Source: Hypanus sabinus (lineage: Eukaryota). Taken from it: 64,000 nucleotides of DNA. The DNA lies in assembly GCF_030144855.1 (NCBI RefSeq), contig NC_082730.1, forward strand, positions 15,500,001 through 15,564,000. Direction: 5' to 3'. The position numbers and the translations under genes are program-made. Shown here piece after piece: positions 51,301 to 62,689 of this stretch. Under the pieces are notes generated by a model. It was not told the DNA's origin. It ran no database searches and was given only the letters and a program-made list of their open reading frames with translations. The stretch's first letter is position 1. Every line of letters starts with the position of its first letter.

Positions 51301-53018
51301 CAATAATCTTGTGTCCCTTAGTTAGACTTTGTAAACCAGTGAAGAGAACTGTGAGTGGGGTGATCATCTGTGTGTTATTATCAGATGAGGAAATGAGAGT
51401 TCATCACTGGAAAATAAAGCCCCTGCAGTCTCCAACTCATCGGCTGACAGAAAAGAACTCATTGGCTCAAAATTAGGACAACTAATAGTTCCAACCGCTC
51501 TCCGTGATGTATTCCCTGTCCTCTCTCTCTCTGTAATTGACCAGAGAATGACTTTCCCTAGTCACTGTTTGTTGCAAAGATCTGAACAAAAGGAGTGCAT
51601 TCTTTTCCAAAGAGAAATTCCCTAAATGATCAAACCCTGAGATATTGGCAGAAAAGTGCTGGGAATGCTCAGCATGTCAGATGGCATCTGTGGAGAGAGG
51701 AACAGCTGATCCTTCAAGGCAACGACCTTACACCAGAACTGGAAAATGTGAGCGATAACAAGTCTTGAGGTGCAGAGGAATTATGGAAGGAAGCACAAAA
51801 GAGAGGGTTTCTGATAGAGTACAAAACAGAAAAAAAAAATTAGAAAAGATGATGTGTGAGGCAAAAGGTGGTTGTAATAAGATTAATGAAGACAAAGATG
51901 AATGGGTTTTAAGATTTGATATCTGCATCAGTAACTTTATCCTCATCAGTAACAGAGTGTACTGCTCTTGATTTCTCTTGACATTCGCTTTATATAGCTG
52001 ACTAATAATAATAAAAAAAACTGGAAAAGGCTTTGGGAAATAAAATCTGTTCACAATTCAACTTCTACTATTCTGCCCTCACTCAAGAGTTTTCCTCATT
52101 TTCTTAAGCTAGTTAGATAGGTAAACTCCAATCCAGGTATAGTTGTTGCTTGAAGGAGGTTCTATGGTTCAGAAACACATTACAGTAAGCCAAGAGCTGA
52201 GAAAAATGATAGTGTTTCTAGGTGTTCTCACAAGAGAAGGATTCAAACATTGATTAAAGTTCCTTTGACTCATAACAGTGTTTCTGACAGATGAATGAAT
52301 AAATAAACAAGTGATTATAAAATGACCCACCTGTTGTAGAAGGTCAATTGCTTAGAAACACAGTGCGGTAGTGAGGAAAGAACAACTGCTGTAAACTTAC
52401 AAGTAAGCATCTAGTGATATCTAGTGGCTAGAAATAAAATAGCAAACTAAATTGGAGTGTGGTGGGGGGGGGGACATAACATCCACTAATAGTCTCAGGC
52501 CATCAAAACTCTTCATTAAGGATAAGACATTCAGATTCCGTATAACCTGGTGAGACAACAGATAAAATTGTTGATCTCAGTGTTGAAATCAAAAGAAGGT
52601 CTTATGGCCAATTGAAAAATGAGGCGATTTTTATTTTGGGGAGTTTATTCCTTCTGCATGACAGACAATCTGCTAAAGAGCCCTGGAGAGGTCCATCAGA
52701 ATTTTGACAAATAATCTTCTGCATCATATTGTGAAGGAGAAATCTGATGCAGAAACACCCACAGACAATGTAGAAAATGCTCGGTAAATCAAACCGAAAT
52801 TTTAGCAAAAAAACAATTAAGATTTCAAATCCAAAACCCTCATTACAATATACAAGGATGGTAAACATTAGTTTTCAGTGGCAGGGCAGGTGGTGGGGGG
52901 TTGTAAAAACTATGATCCTTTCTGAATATTGTGCAGTAACCAGAGCAGAGGTTTGCTCTGTGTGGAGAATCATTGTTGTGTTGCAGCCTGAGGTTCCTGT
53001 GGTTCTGAGATTCAGTAT

Positions 53019-53328
53019 GGGGGCCATGGTAGCATAGCAGTTCATGTGAAACTATTACAGCTTGGGGCATTCTAGAGTTTGCAGTTTAATTCCAGTGCCA
53101 TTCTGAAAAGAGTCTCTGAATGTCCTCCCTGTGGGATGCATGGATACACTCCGGGTCATCCAGTTTCCTCTCACTGTCCAAAGACGTTCCAGGTAGGTTA
53201 ATTGGTCAATGGAAATTGTCCTGTGATCAGGATCAGGTTAATCTGGCTTGTTGGGGGTTGCTGGAGTGGTGAAGCTCAAGGGCTGCAAGGGCCGACTCCG
53301 TGCTGTATCAATAAATAAATAAATAAAT
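53019..53328 (+). mobile_element. HE1/V-SINE-like SINE
   Basis: Same architecture as 51001-51300; (TAAA)n tail. Confidence 0.65.
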
Positions 53329-53381
53329 GTTTATGTCTATAACAGACATGGAACTTTCAGCAGTAATGTTGTATTTTCCAG

Positions 53382-53428
53382 AATCCAACCACAACACATC
53401 TCACAGAGGAGGCAACAATGAAACCCAG
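53382..53428 (+). CDS. Cytoplasmic exon 1
   Basis: gtattttccag acceptor, CAG|gtatgg donor; 47 nt, phase 1 to 0 (ESNHNTSHRGGNNETQ), the exact phase needed to join the TM exon to the last exon. Confidence 0.7.
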
Positions 53429-53874
53429 GTATGGACATGAAGTATCAATTGTCTGAATCCTTCAGAATGTTTAAAATTTGGATTACATGGGAGTTTACAA
53501 ATCATTCATCCCCCCCCCCCAGCCCAGTCCAGCATAATATTTTACAGAAACCTCCGAACACCCCTCTCATTGAATCCCATCAGATTATCCTTCCAGCTAT
53601 TTGTCCCTTTCTCTTGTGATTATCCAACTTTTCCTTAAGTCTATCCATAATATTTTATGTGACTATTCTTCAAATTGGCTCCAGTCTTTATTATTGTTAC
53701 TGAATGGCAAAAGCAAGACTGGTCCTTTCTCTACTGTTAGAGATGGAGCGCCTAATTGTGAATATCTGTCTTTGGGTTCAATGATTTACCAGTTTACATT
53801 TTGTGTATTCAGTCTGTCTCAAACTCTGATGTGAAGTCAGAAAAATAGGGCAGGTCTATTCAGAACAATAAATT

Positions 53875-54095
53875 GGAGGTGGCACGGTAGTGTAGTGGTT
53901 AACGTAACACTATTACAGCGCCAGCGACCTGGGTTCTCTCCGGCTACTGTCTGTATGTTCTCCCCGTGAGCGTGCGGGTAGACCCGTTTCTCCCACATTC
54001 CAAAGTAGGCTAATGTGGTCACATGGGTTTAACTGGGTGATGCGGGCACATTGGGCCAGAATGGCCTGTTTCCATGCTGTATCTCTAAACAAGTA
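53875..54095 (+). mobile_element. HE1/V-SINE-like SINE
   Basis: tggcacggtagtgtagtggtt A-box and gggttc B-box head; gggcc..tgtttccatgctgtatctctaaa tail. Confidence 0.7.
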
Positions 54096-55104
54096 AATAT
54101 CTGTTCAGTGCTGACCTCAGAACCTTCACTCTAGGGTGACTTTCTCACTCTACCCCTCAATCCTGATGCCAGTACAAATATTCTATTGTCTCTTAGGTCG
54201 GTTATCAACAACATTTTTTGATATTTTCCACAGGTTTGGAATGCTTGTGCATTATTACCTTCATTAAAATCCCGATTGATTTAACTTTGTCCTAATTAAG
54301 ACCAATGTTCGTAAAGAGCTTCAATTGTTTTCTCATTTCTTTAGTTGCTTTTCACTTTCCCTCCAAGAGCTGTACTCTCAGAGAACTGTGTGTTCCTCCT
54401 GTGCATCCTCCAGTCTCTGAATCCCACCACCAATGTCAGTAGCTTCAGCTGCCCAAATCCCACACACTGGACTTAGCCCCATGAACTCCTGTACTTCTGT
54501 CCTCTTAACTTTTGGTCGTTAGAGATACAGCAGAGTAACAGGTCCTTCTGGCCCACGAGCCACCCAATTACACCCGTCTGATCAATTAACCTCCTACAAC
54601 AAACCATTTATGCTGTAAACCATAAAAGTATTGTAATTTGCCCGAATAATTCCCAAGTTCATTGTTGACCTCTTCTTTTGCTAAACTCAGTGAAACAGCT
54701 TGGACCAGTTTAGTGTGTTGGTGTTGTAAAGCAACATGCTGTTGTTGCACAGTTAGTAGTGGGTCCTTACTAAGGATTACAGCCACTGAGTCATAAACTA
54801 TTATCAAACATTCTGGATAATTATATTCTACAAACCAATTGAAAGGATCAGGGTTTATTTAAAGAGAGGAAACTGAAGGTGTTCTGGTAGGTATCTGCAA
54901 GAGTATCAAATTGTTTTATAAAGTAGTGAATGTGTTTTCACTTACAGTTAAGAATAGAACTCTAGCTATAAAGATTTTTTTTAAATCCAGGGACTTAAAA
55001 CCATAGACGAGAAGGCATAGGAGCCTTCTCCCGCCACCTTTCATGCCTCAACTCTCACATTCATCAATCATCCAATAGATCTTGGAATTTATTTATCATT
55101 TCAG

Positions 55105-55347
55105 GAAATGGCCATGTTGGAAGAAAACATCGTTTATGCAGATATACACCATGCTCGAAACAATGAGGCAGCTGCCCAGTCGGCTGACAATGAAAATGGA
55201 ACTGTGTATGCAAACATGAAATTTAAAAGGAAGTCAAGAGCAGGACGCTCTGTTATGTACGAGGACAACCCCACCTATGCAGATATCAAATTTCAAAGCC
55301 AAAGCACAAGGCCCAAATACAAAGCTTTCTCTCCTGGTACTCCATAG
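55105..55347 (+). CDS. Terminal cytoplasmic exon with ITIM-type tyrosine motifs
   Basis: catttcag acceptor, phase 0, open to TAG at 55345: ENIVYADI..GTVYANM..NPTYADI. Confidence 0.88.
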   Translation, partial: EMAMLEENIVYADIHHARNNEAAAQSADNENGTVYANMKFKRKSRAGRSVMYEDNPTYADIKFQSQSTRPKYKAFSPGTP

Positions 55348-55404
55348 GACCCAGAATCAGTTTGACAAAATCATTATGTGGATTAAGGCAGAAGAGTTAC
55401 GCTC

Positions 55405-55610
55405 AGAGGCCACTTTATTTGGTACAGTTGTTAATGCAAATACCTAATCAGCCAATCATGTGACAGGAACTCGATGCATAAAAACATGCATGTTGGCATG
55501 TTGTGCATTGAAAGGTGTCCTTCTGCACACCACTGTTGTAATGCATGTTTGTTTGAGTTACTGTCACCTTCCTGTCAGCTTAAACCAGTTTCGCCATTGT
55601 CCTCTATTGG
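55405..55610 (+). mobile_element. Partial Tc1-derived element just downstream of the receptor stop (a further piece on minus at about 56190-56350)
   Basis: ctcagaggccactttatttggtaca terminus and aatgcaaatacctaatcagccaatcatgtg body. Confidence 0.7.
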
Positions 55611-56639
55611 ACCTCTGTTTATTTACTGATCCTTCGGGTTCGTTCAGGAGTCAGGAATGACAAGCAGTCTTAATTCTAATGATCATTTATTTTAAAGTAC
55701 AAATAAATGTACAAATATGAAGCAACACACACAAAATTCTGGAGTAACTCAGCAGACTAAGGAAAGTAGATGTGTGAGAAATTATGCTAGGAGGTAGATG
55801 AACGTCAAAGGACGCAAAGTCAAATAGATGGCGCCTCTGAAAAATCCATGACCTTTATAGTTAAGATCAGGAAAATTCCTTCAATAAAAATAAACTAGCT
55901 AATAGAGAACATAATTAAAATAATTACCTCCTGTGGGTAACCTGCTAGTACTTAGTCAATGAAAAGTGAGGAAGGTGATAAACCATTAGTTTAACTGCTA
56001 TACCAATTTCTGCCAGTGAGTGGGGATGAGCCACCACATACTGTGAAAAATACATGAATTTGTTAAAATGTACAAATCTTATTAAAAAAGTATTGTTTAA
56101 AAAAAAGCAGTGGTTTCCAACACCCCTGACCTCTCTCACTAACCAGGCATTGCTACACAGAACTGGAATTTTTTAAAAAATCACTTACGTCACATTTCTT
56201 CTCCATTCCAGACTTTGGTCTGAACAACAGCTGAACCCCTTGATCATATGTGTATGCCTTTATGCATTGCGTGGTTGCCACAAGATTGGCTGATTAGGTA
56301 TTTGCTTTAGCGAACAGGTGTATAGGTGTACCTAATAAACTGGCCATGGAGTGTAACACTTCTGCCTGAATCCATCCACATAATTATTCTGCAGAGCTGA
56401 TTCTGAGCTGCTTCTTCCACACTTACCCCTCCTCCAGTTCCTCTTCACAGGCAAGTATAATCCATTGGCAATGAGCATCTGAATCCAAATCATCTGTGTG
56501 TTACTACCCATTAAGCCACTGGCACTCAGGCAGCATTGAAAGTCCTCCATCTCTGGTGGTGTTCAGGGCTTCCTTCATCGTGTCGGTAGCCTTCTCTCAG
56601 TTTTCATTATAGGGCCTGTATTGTGTTGTAGGTTTTTAG

Positions 56640-57895
56640 GTTTCTATGCTAGTCATGCAAGTCCCAGGTTGAGGCTCAGGAATACTATCACACTCAGATA
56701 TAGAAGGATACTTCAAAACCCAGACTCCAGCACCATCACCGCGGGTTCCAACGACCATGGATTGGCCTCGGCCGTCGATCTCGGCTGCCCCAGCGACCCA
56801 GGGCATATTCAAAACCCGGACGCCAGAACCAACAACGAGGGTTCCAACGACCATGGACAGCTTCAAAGTGATTGCGCAACCACCAACTGCGACTCCAGCC
56901 TTGAACTCCAGGCCGGGTCTTCACATGCTGCGATTGTGACTCCCGTCTCCCCTTCCCCCACCACCACTCTGCAATCCCCTCTCCCTCTAAAGCAGTGGTT
57001 CCCAACATGGGGCATACGCCCCACAGTGGGGTAATTTGATTTTTAAGGGGGGCAATTCAAGAATGAGTTATTAACAGTGAATTTTTTTCTAGTAAGTCTG
57101 TGTGAGTATGAGTGTGTGTGTGAGTTAATACATATGTGTATATACAATATGCATACATAAAAATACTTGTGTGTATGTACATGTGTAATTGCGTATGTAC
57201 TGCATATATAGTGTATCACCATCATTACAACCATCAAATGGCTTTCATAATTAAATTAATGAATTGACTGATGTAGGAAGGAATGAATGAACAAGTCCAA
57301 ACGTGTAAGAAACTCGCACGAGGTCGCGCCAATGCTGCTTTTTGCAGTAGCTTTCAGTTCTTGGTGGTGTGAAGGTGTGTACATTGCGTCATCTCTTTTA
57401 AACGGTGTATCGGTCTTTGTATGCTGTAGAAACGAATCGGCATTGTTTTATTTATTTATTATTATTATTATTTTAATATGTTCTTTTTTTTACAATTTCT
57501 TAGTAATTTCTTCCTCAGAACAGTCCTTTGGTTCTTTTATTTTTCTCTTTCATGAATGCCATGTTCTTTGCAAGCTTGTTTAAACCAAGTTAACGGTCTT
57601 TTAGGCTTCCTCCAGGTGAACAGGAGTTCACTTTTTGAATAATAAGAATTATATATCACCACAGGGGGCATCAGGATTTTAGAGGTTATTAGGTGGGGCA
57701 TGGCCAAAAAAAGGTTGGGAACCACTGCTCTAAAGAGTCTTACTACCTTTCCTTTTAGTTAGTCCTGACGAAGTGTCTCGGCCCGAAACGTCAACAGTGC
57801 TTCTCCTTATAGATGCTGCCTGGCCCGTTGTGTTCCACCAGCATTTTGTGTGTGTTGTTTGAATTTCCAGCATCTGCAGATTTCCTCGTGTTTCA
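56640..57895 (+). mobile_element. Penelope-like element fragment interrupted by a hAT MITE
   Basis: Internal about 108-bp direct repeat (ttcaaaaccc..gggttccaacgaccatgg x2); terminal agtcctgacgaag..cccgaaacg..gatgctgcctggccc..ccagcatctgcagatttcc. Confidence 0.6.
56993..57727. mobile_element. hAT (Charlie-like) MITE, 735 bp
   Basis: TIRs CAGTGGTTCCCAAC / GTTGGGAACCACTG; perfect 8-bp TSD CTCTAAAG at 56985-56992 and 57728-57735. Confidence 0.92.
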
Positions 57896-58579
57896 TGCCA
57901 TCAGTTTGGAGGTTAACCAGATGGAAAATAAGCTTTTGCTCCTCCACCCTGAGGATGGCGTCATCTGATTATATACTGCCATAGGTGAGACAACAGATAA
58001 ATGGTGAAGTTAAATTGTACTTAATGAAACCTTCAGGATAAAATCAAGGGAGCCATTAAGTTGTTGTCTTCTGTATAACACAGTGTGAAGGCACATACCT
58101 GCTTTGTATAGTCAAGGGTTCATTGCTCAGCTCTGCAATAGAAGATGTATTTCTTGGAAGTCTGGTGTTTATGCTCAGAAGCTCTTGGACCAGCCACTAG
58201 TCTATTCAGATGTGCTGATCATTTGGAATGTTCTCCCATTGTAAATATGCAAGTTGCCCATCTATTTTCAAAAATTAAAGTCAAATGTTGGGTAACAATA
58301 GCTATTAAAATGCATTTAATCTCTTATTTTTTTCTTTTTGTTGACCAAGTATAAAACATCACTGTACCGATGTTGGGAGTGAGCAGAAATAGATTCTCTA
58401 GATCTGCTGTGTTCAATATGTTCTTTTGTATCTCACACGTTCGGTTTCCGTGAGGCTCAGTTCAGCACTCACAACAATTTCATAGAGCTACAGAGCAATA
58501 TAGCATGGATAAAGGCCATTCAGCCCAGTCTCTGCCTGCTGACTGCAGTGCACACCCCAGTTGGTCTCAATTCATGAAG

Positions 58580-60130
58580 GGCAATTCAAGTGAGCACGCA
58601 CCAGTGCACAACAAGGGATCAGCAGTGGAAAGGGTGGGCAGTTTCAAGTTCCTCAGTGCCAACATCTCTGAAGATCTATCCTGGGCCCAACATATTGATG
58701 TAATTATAAAGGAGGCACGACAGCAGCATAATTCCTAAGAAGTTTGAGGAAACCTGGCATCCTGGCATGTAGTCAGTGATACTCACAGATTTCTCCAGGT
58801 GTTCCGTGGAGAGCATTCTAACTGATTGTGTCACTGTCTGGTATGGAAGGGCCACTGCACAGGATCTGAGAAATCTTCAGGAAGATGTGAACTCAGCCAG
58901 CTCCATTGTGGGCACTACCCTGACCAGCATTGAGGACACCTTCAGAAGCCGATGCTTCAAAAAGGCAGCATCCATCATTGAGGACCCCCATTACCAAGGA
59001 CAGGCCCTCTCCTCATTGCTATCATCAAGAAGATGTTACAAAAGCTGTAAACTGATTATCTGTTATTTGTGAAGCGGGGTGCCATGCGCAATCATAATCG
59101 ATTGAAAACAGATGTGGAAGCATGGAGAAATATCAGGAAATTTCAGGAAGACCTTCTTCGTTGCTGCTGCTGCTGTGAGGTCCAGGACTCTGTTGGGAAG
59201 AACAGGCCCCCAGTCCTCAGGGTCGCGCTGCTGATGGCCGTTAGCGGGGCTGTCTAAATACGCTCGGCAGAGGATGGTGCTCGGAGAAGCTGTGCCGGAG
59301 GGGATGGTTGTCGGCCCGGAGGGTCGACGGACTCAAGTCACTTTCGGTGTGTGCTGTGTCTGTGAGGCTGGTTTTGACGGAGCTTCCATTGTGTGCTGCG
59401 TCTGCGAGGCTGAATCAGGCGGCGCCTTGGAAGTCCATAGTGGGGGTATTCCCTTCTGCCGCCGGCGTGGAATGGCGAGTCTGTCGGGACTCTGGGGACT
59501 TGTGGAAACTGTGTGGTGATTTCTTTTGAACTTACAGACCTTTAACATCTTGAACTATTTTTACTGTGCCCATAGTCTGTTTTTTTTATCAATTATGCTA
59601 TTGTTTGCACTGTTGTAACTATGTGGTTTTGTGCAGGTCTTGTAGCTTTAGTTTTTGGTCTTGTTTTCTCTGGTGGCTTTGGAGCTCCTTTCCGGGAAAC
59701 GGTCTAGACGGTAGCATGATATTAATACACAACAGCCTCTCCAGACTCTGGATTGGGGATTGCCAAATGTTACGTGGATTTTCTGGTGTAGTCTGTTTTG
59801 TCATATGCTTTTGTGATATAATTCTGGGGGAATGTTGTCTCATTTTTTAACTGCATTGCATTTGTGGTTTCTAAATGACAATAAACTGAATCTGAATCTG
59901 AATCTGAAACAAACAGTCAATGTTTCAGAAACAGTTTCAATCCTTCCGCCAGCAGACTTCTAAACGGACAGCACACTCATGAGCATTACCTCACTATTTC
60001 TCCTCTCCTTTTGCATTGCTTATATATAGTAACTTGTGCTTTTTATTATTATGCATATCAATATACCTCTGATGCAAAACAACTAATTTCACTACAGAGC
60101 AGATATTAAACGTGATTCTGATTCTGATTT
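58580..60130 (+). mobile_element. Rex-Babar LINE 3' end with a nested non-autonomous element (about 59052-59907, (CTGAAT)n tail)
   Basis: SVESILTDCVTVWYG..CFKKAASIIEDPHY; Rex-Babar sequence resumes after the insert and ends in (GATTCT)n at about 60113-60129. Confidence 0.7.
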
Positions 60131-60939
60131 TCTGCACTCAGCCCTCATCTTTCTAAACCCTGCCCTTCCATGTCCCCATTCAAGTGCTTCTTAAATGGTA
60201 CTTCTGTTCCTACCTCATTACTTCTTCTGGAAGACTCCCCAACTCAAACCTCCGCTGCCTTGCAGCTACACCTACTCATGGGTCAGGCCTGGTGAGTATC
60301 CAGGTGCTCCTATGGTAGTCCTACGTTGAGTTGAATGCTGATTGGCAACTACTGTAAGGACACTGCTATCAGACTGTATATCTCTCTTGTTGTTTGTTCC
60401 TTTGGAATCAACAGCGGCATGGGGGTTGGTGTTACATGGGCAACAGCTTGCTGTCCACATTGTACTGACCGGCTTGCTTATCACGTAGACAGCTGGAAAA
60501 CAACAGCCGCGGTTGACCCTGACCAGCAGAGGGCCTCTTATTATTTAACCATTTTTTTCTCCTCAGTTCAAGGTGGTAAAACTTCAGGTACGACCAGAGC
60601 CAAGCACATTCATGTCTCAGTTGCTAGGAGCTTTTGGATTATTCTACTGGTGTTTCGCAATGTGAGATTTACATAAATATTTGCTGTGTAGATCTGATTG
60701 CTTAATGCTATGGTGTGGCAAATCTGGGAGATACCAGTTGTAGTCATTACTACTGGGGCAATGTACCACATATCCTGTTCCTGTTCCATAGTTATTCAAT
60801 TTTCTCTTTTAATTCAGTGTATTTTTATTTTTCACTGGTTTCTTTCTATACATTGTGTGTGTTTCAGGTGGCTATAGTTGTAAAGTTGTTCTTGCTTGTT
60901 TATATTACATGGTCACTCCTAATATTACTGCATTCCAAG

Positions 60940-62030
60940 GAATAAATATCTAACCTGGTCAACCCATCCCTGTAACTCAGTGCCCTGTAACTCTAAAAAC
61001 ATCTTTATAAATCATCTCTGCACTGTTCTAGTTTAACCAAGTCCTTCCTCCAGCAGGGTGACTAAAACTGTCCACAGTACTCCAAGTGAGGGCTCAACAA
61101 CGAATTTTACAACTGCAACATATAACACCAATTCCCAAGACTGTAAAAGATTCTTCAGGCATGAGTTTCCCTGGGGAAATGATTGTGTGATTTCCTCTTT
61201 CTGTTCCCCTCATGATTTTATATCCCTCTATAAGATCAGTGGTCCTCTACGGGGTCACTAAAGGAAATAATACTTCACCTGAAACTCCAACTGGTGACAA
61301 CTGTAGTCTGGAGCAGCCACAAACAGCACTGAGATTCTATCCTATCGAGAATGTCGCCGCACATTGATCATTGTATGGTCCAACACCCTCATTTTACTCA
61401 TTATCCAGCTTTTATCCCCCCACTGTTAACTGACCTCTTGGCCGTTCATCCAATGATTGTAAATGTGCTCAAGCTGAACAAATATTTGTTTTTATTTGAA
61501 CACGAGAGCCTCCCCTGCACCCTCTCTATAATTTCCATATCCTTCATATAATGAGATGGTTAGAACTGAACACAGTACTCCAGTCAGGTATAACCAGGAT
61601 TTTTATAGAGCTGCTACAATACCGAATGGCTTTTAAACTCAATAATCATGATTGTGTTGCTGTCTATCATTACAGATTGTAGTTTGTTGGTCAGGAAGTT
61701 AAGGATCCAATTGCAAAGGGAAATGCTGTCCCACATGTCTAGGAGTTTGGAGATGATTATACTTGGAATTATTGTATTGAAAACAGAGCTTTATTCAAAA
61801 GCAGCCTAACATGGGTGTATTTATTGTCCAGATGCTGCAGAGAAGAGTATGGGGGAAGGAAGATGGCCGCCATCATAGTCTTGTTTTTGCAGTATGTTGT
61901 GGGTTGAGGTTGTGTAGGAGAATAATGTTAATGTATGCCATGACCAGCCTCTCAAAACACTTCAGAATAGTGAATGTCAGAGCTAACAAGCAAACTTGTT
62001 TTTGGCAAATTACCTTTGGTACCAAGATAA
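60940..62030 (-). mobile_element. CR1 (about 60940-61640) and Rex-Babar (about 61650-62030) fragments
   Basis: gtccacagtactccaagtgagggctcaac CR1 motif; catgaccagcctctcaaaacacttcag Rex-Babar motif. Confidence 0.6.
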
Positions 62031-62031
62031 T

Positions 62032-62640
62032 AGGGTAGCAGGGCCTCAAGTCGGCCTAAGGGTGTGGTCGACCCTTCCCTTGCGATTCGCCCTAGGTCCA
62101 GCTGACCCGGCTGGTAGCACCTGGTAAGGGTCCCTTGCTCAGGGTTACGAGCGATGGCCAGTGACGGACCCAGCAGGAGACTGGTGGGGAAGGCAGAAGA
62201 GCTAGGACCTTGGAAGACAACGGTTGCTTTGCAAGCAGATGATCTACCAAGAAGAAAGGTGGTGATCTCTTTAAACTCATCCAGCAGAAGGCAAAGGCAA
62301 ACCACCGCTGTGTCCTGCCAAGCACGATTTCCTAATATGTCAGTCTCAACAAGTGTTGGGACAGAGCGGCATGGAGGGAAATCATCCGCCAACTGGAAAT
62401 TCCAGATGCGTCCTAACGACGACCAGGATGTTAGTGCTCATCTTAAAGCAGAAGGGAACCTCAGACAGAGGCAGGATAAAGTTTTAAAACATGTCTGTCA
62501 AATCCCCACAGGATCTGAGAACATGGCCAGGTCCACCAGCCAGTCTAGATACTTTCCGCGGGTTGAGTCTCCACACTGAATTGACATCTGTAACAGCGAC
62601 TGTGGGATCAGGAGCACAGGAGGCTGTCAGAGGAAGTGAT
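62032..62640 (+). mobile_element. Possible 5' part of an R2/HERO-like non-LTR element
   Basis: GC-rich 5' UTR-like start; ORF 62154-62579 has RQTTAVSCQ and ESPH motifs that I recall from HERO N-termini; no RT present. Confidence 0.35.
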
Positions 62641-62689
62641 GACATTCCAAACCCTTTCTGTTCAAAACATGCTTAGAGTGCATAAACTT

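Noticed and set aside
52540-52570. cctg|gtgag donor-like motif resembling a leader end (similar 18-mer at about 57984; another at about 60290)
   Set aside because: No upstream ATG with a hydrophobic signal-peptide frame
53875-53950. tRNA gene
   Set aside because: The A/B boxes are the head of an HE1-like SINE and continue into SINE core and LINE tail; no cloverleaf
56621-57034. 137-aa ORF with an internal repeat as a novel host gene
   Set aside because: It lies in a Penelope-like fragment, is cut by a hAT MITE and has no splice context
59069-59850. Several overlapping 60-95 aa ORFs in a GC-rich block
   Set aside because: The block is a non-autonomous repeat nested in a Rex-Babar copy; the ORFs show no recognisable domain
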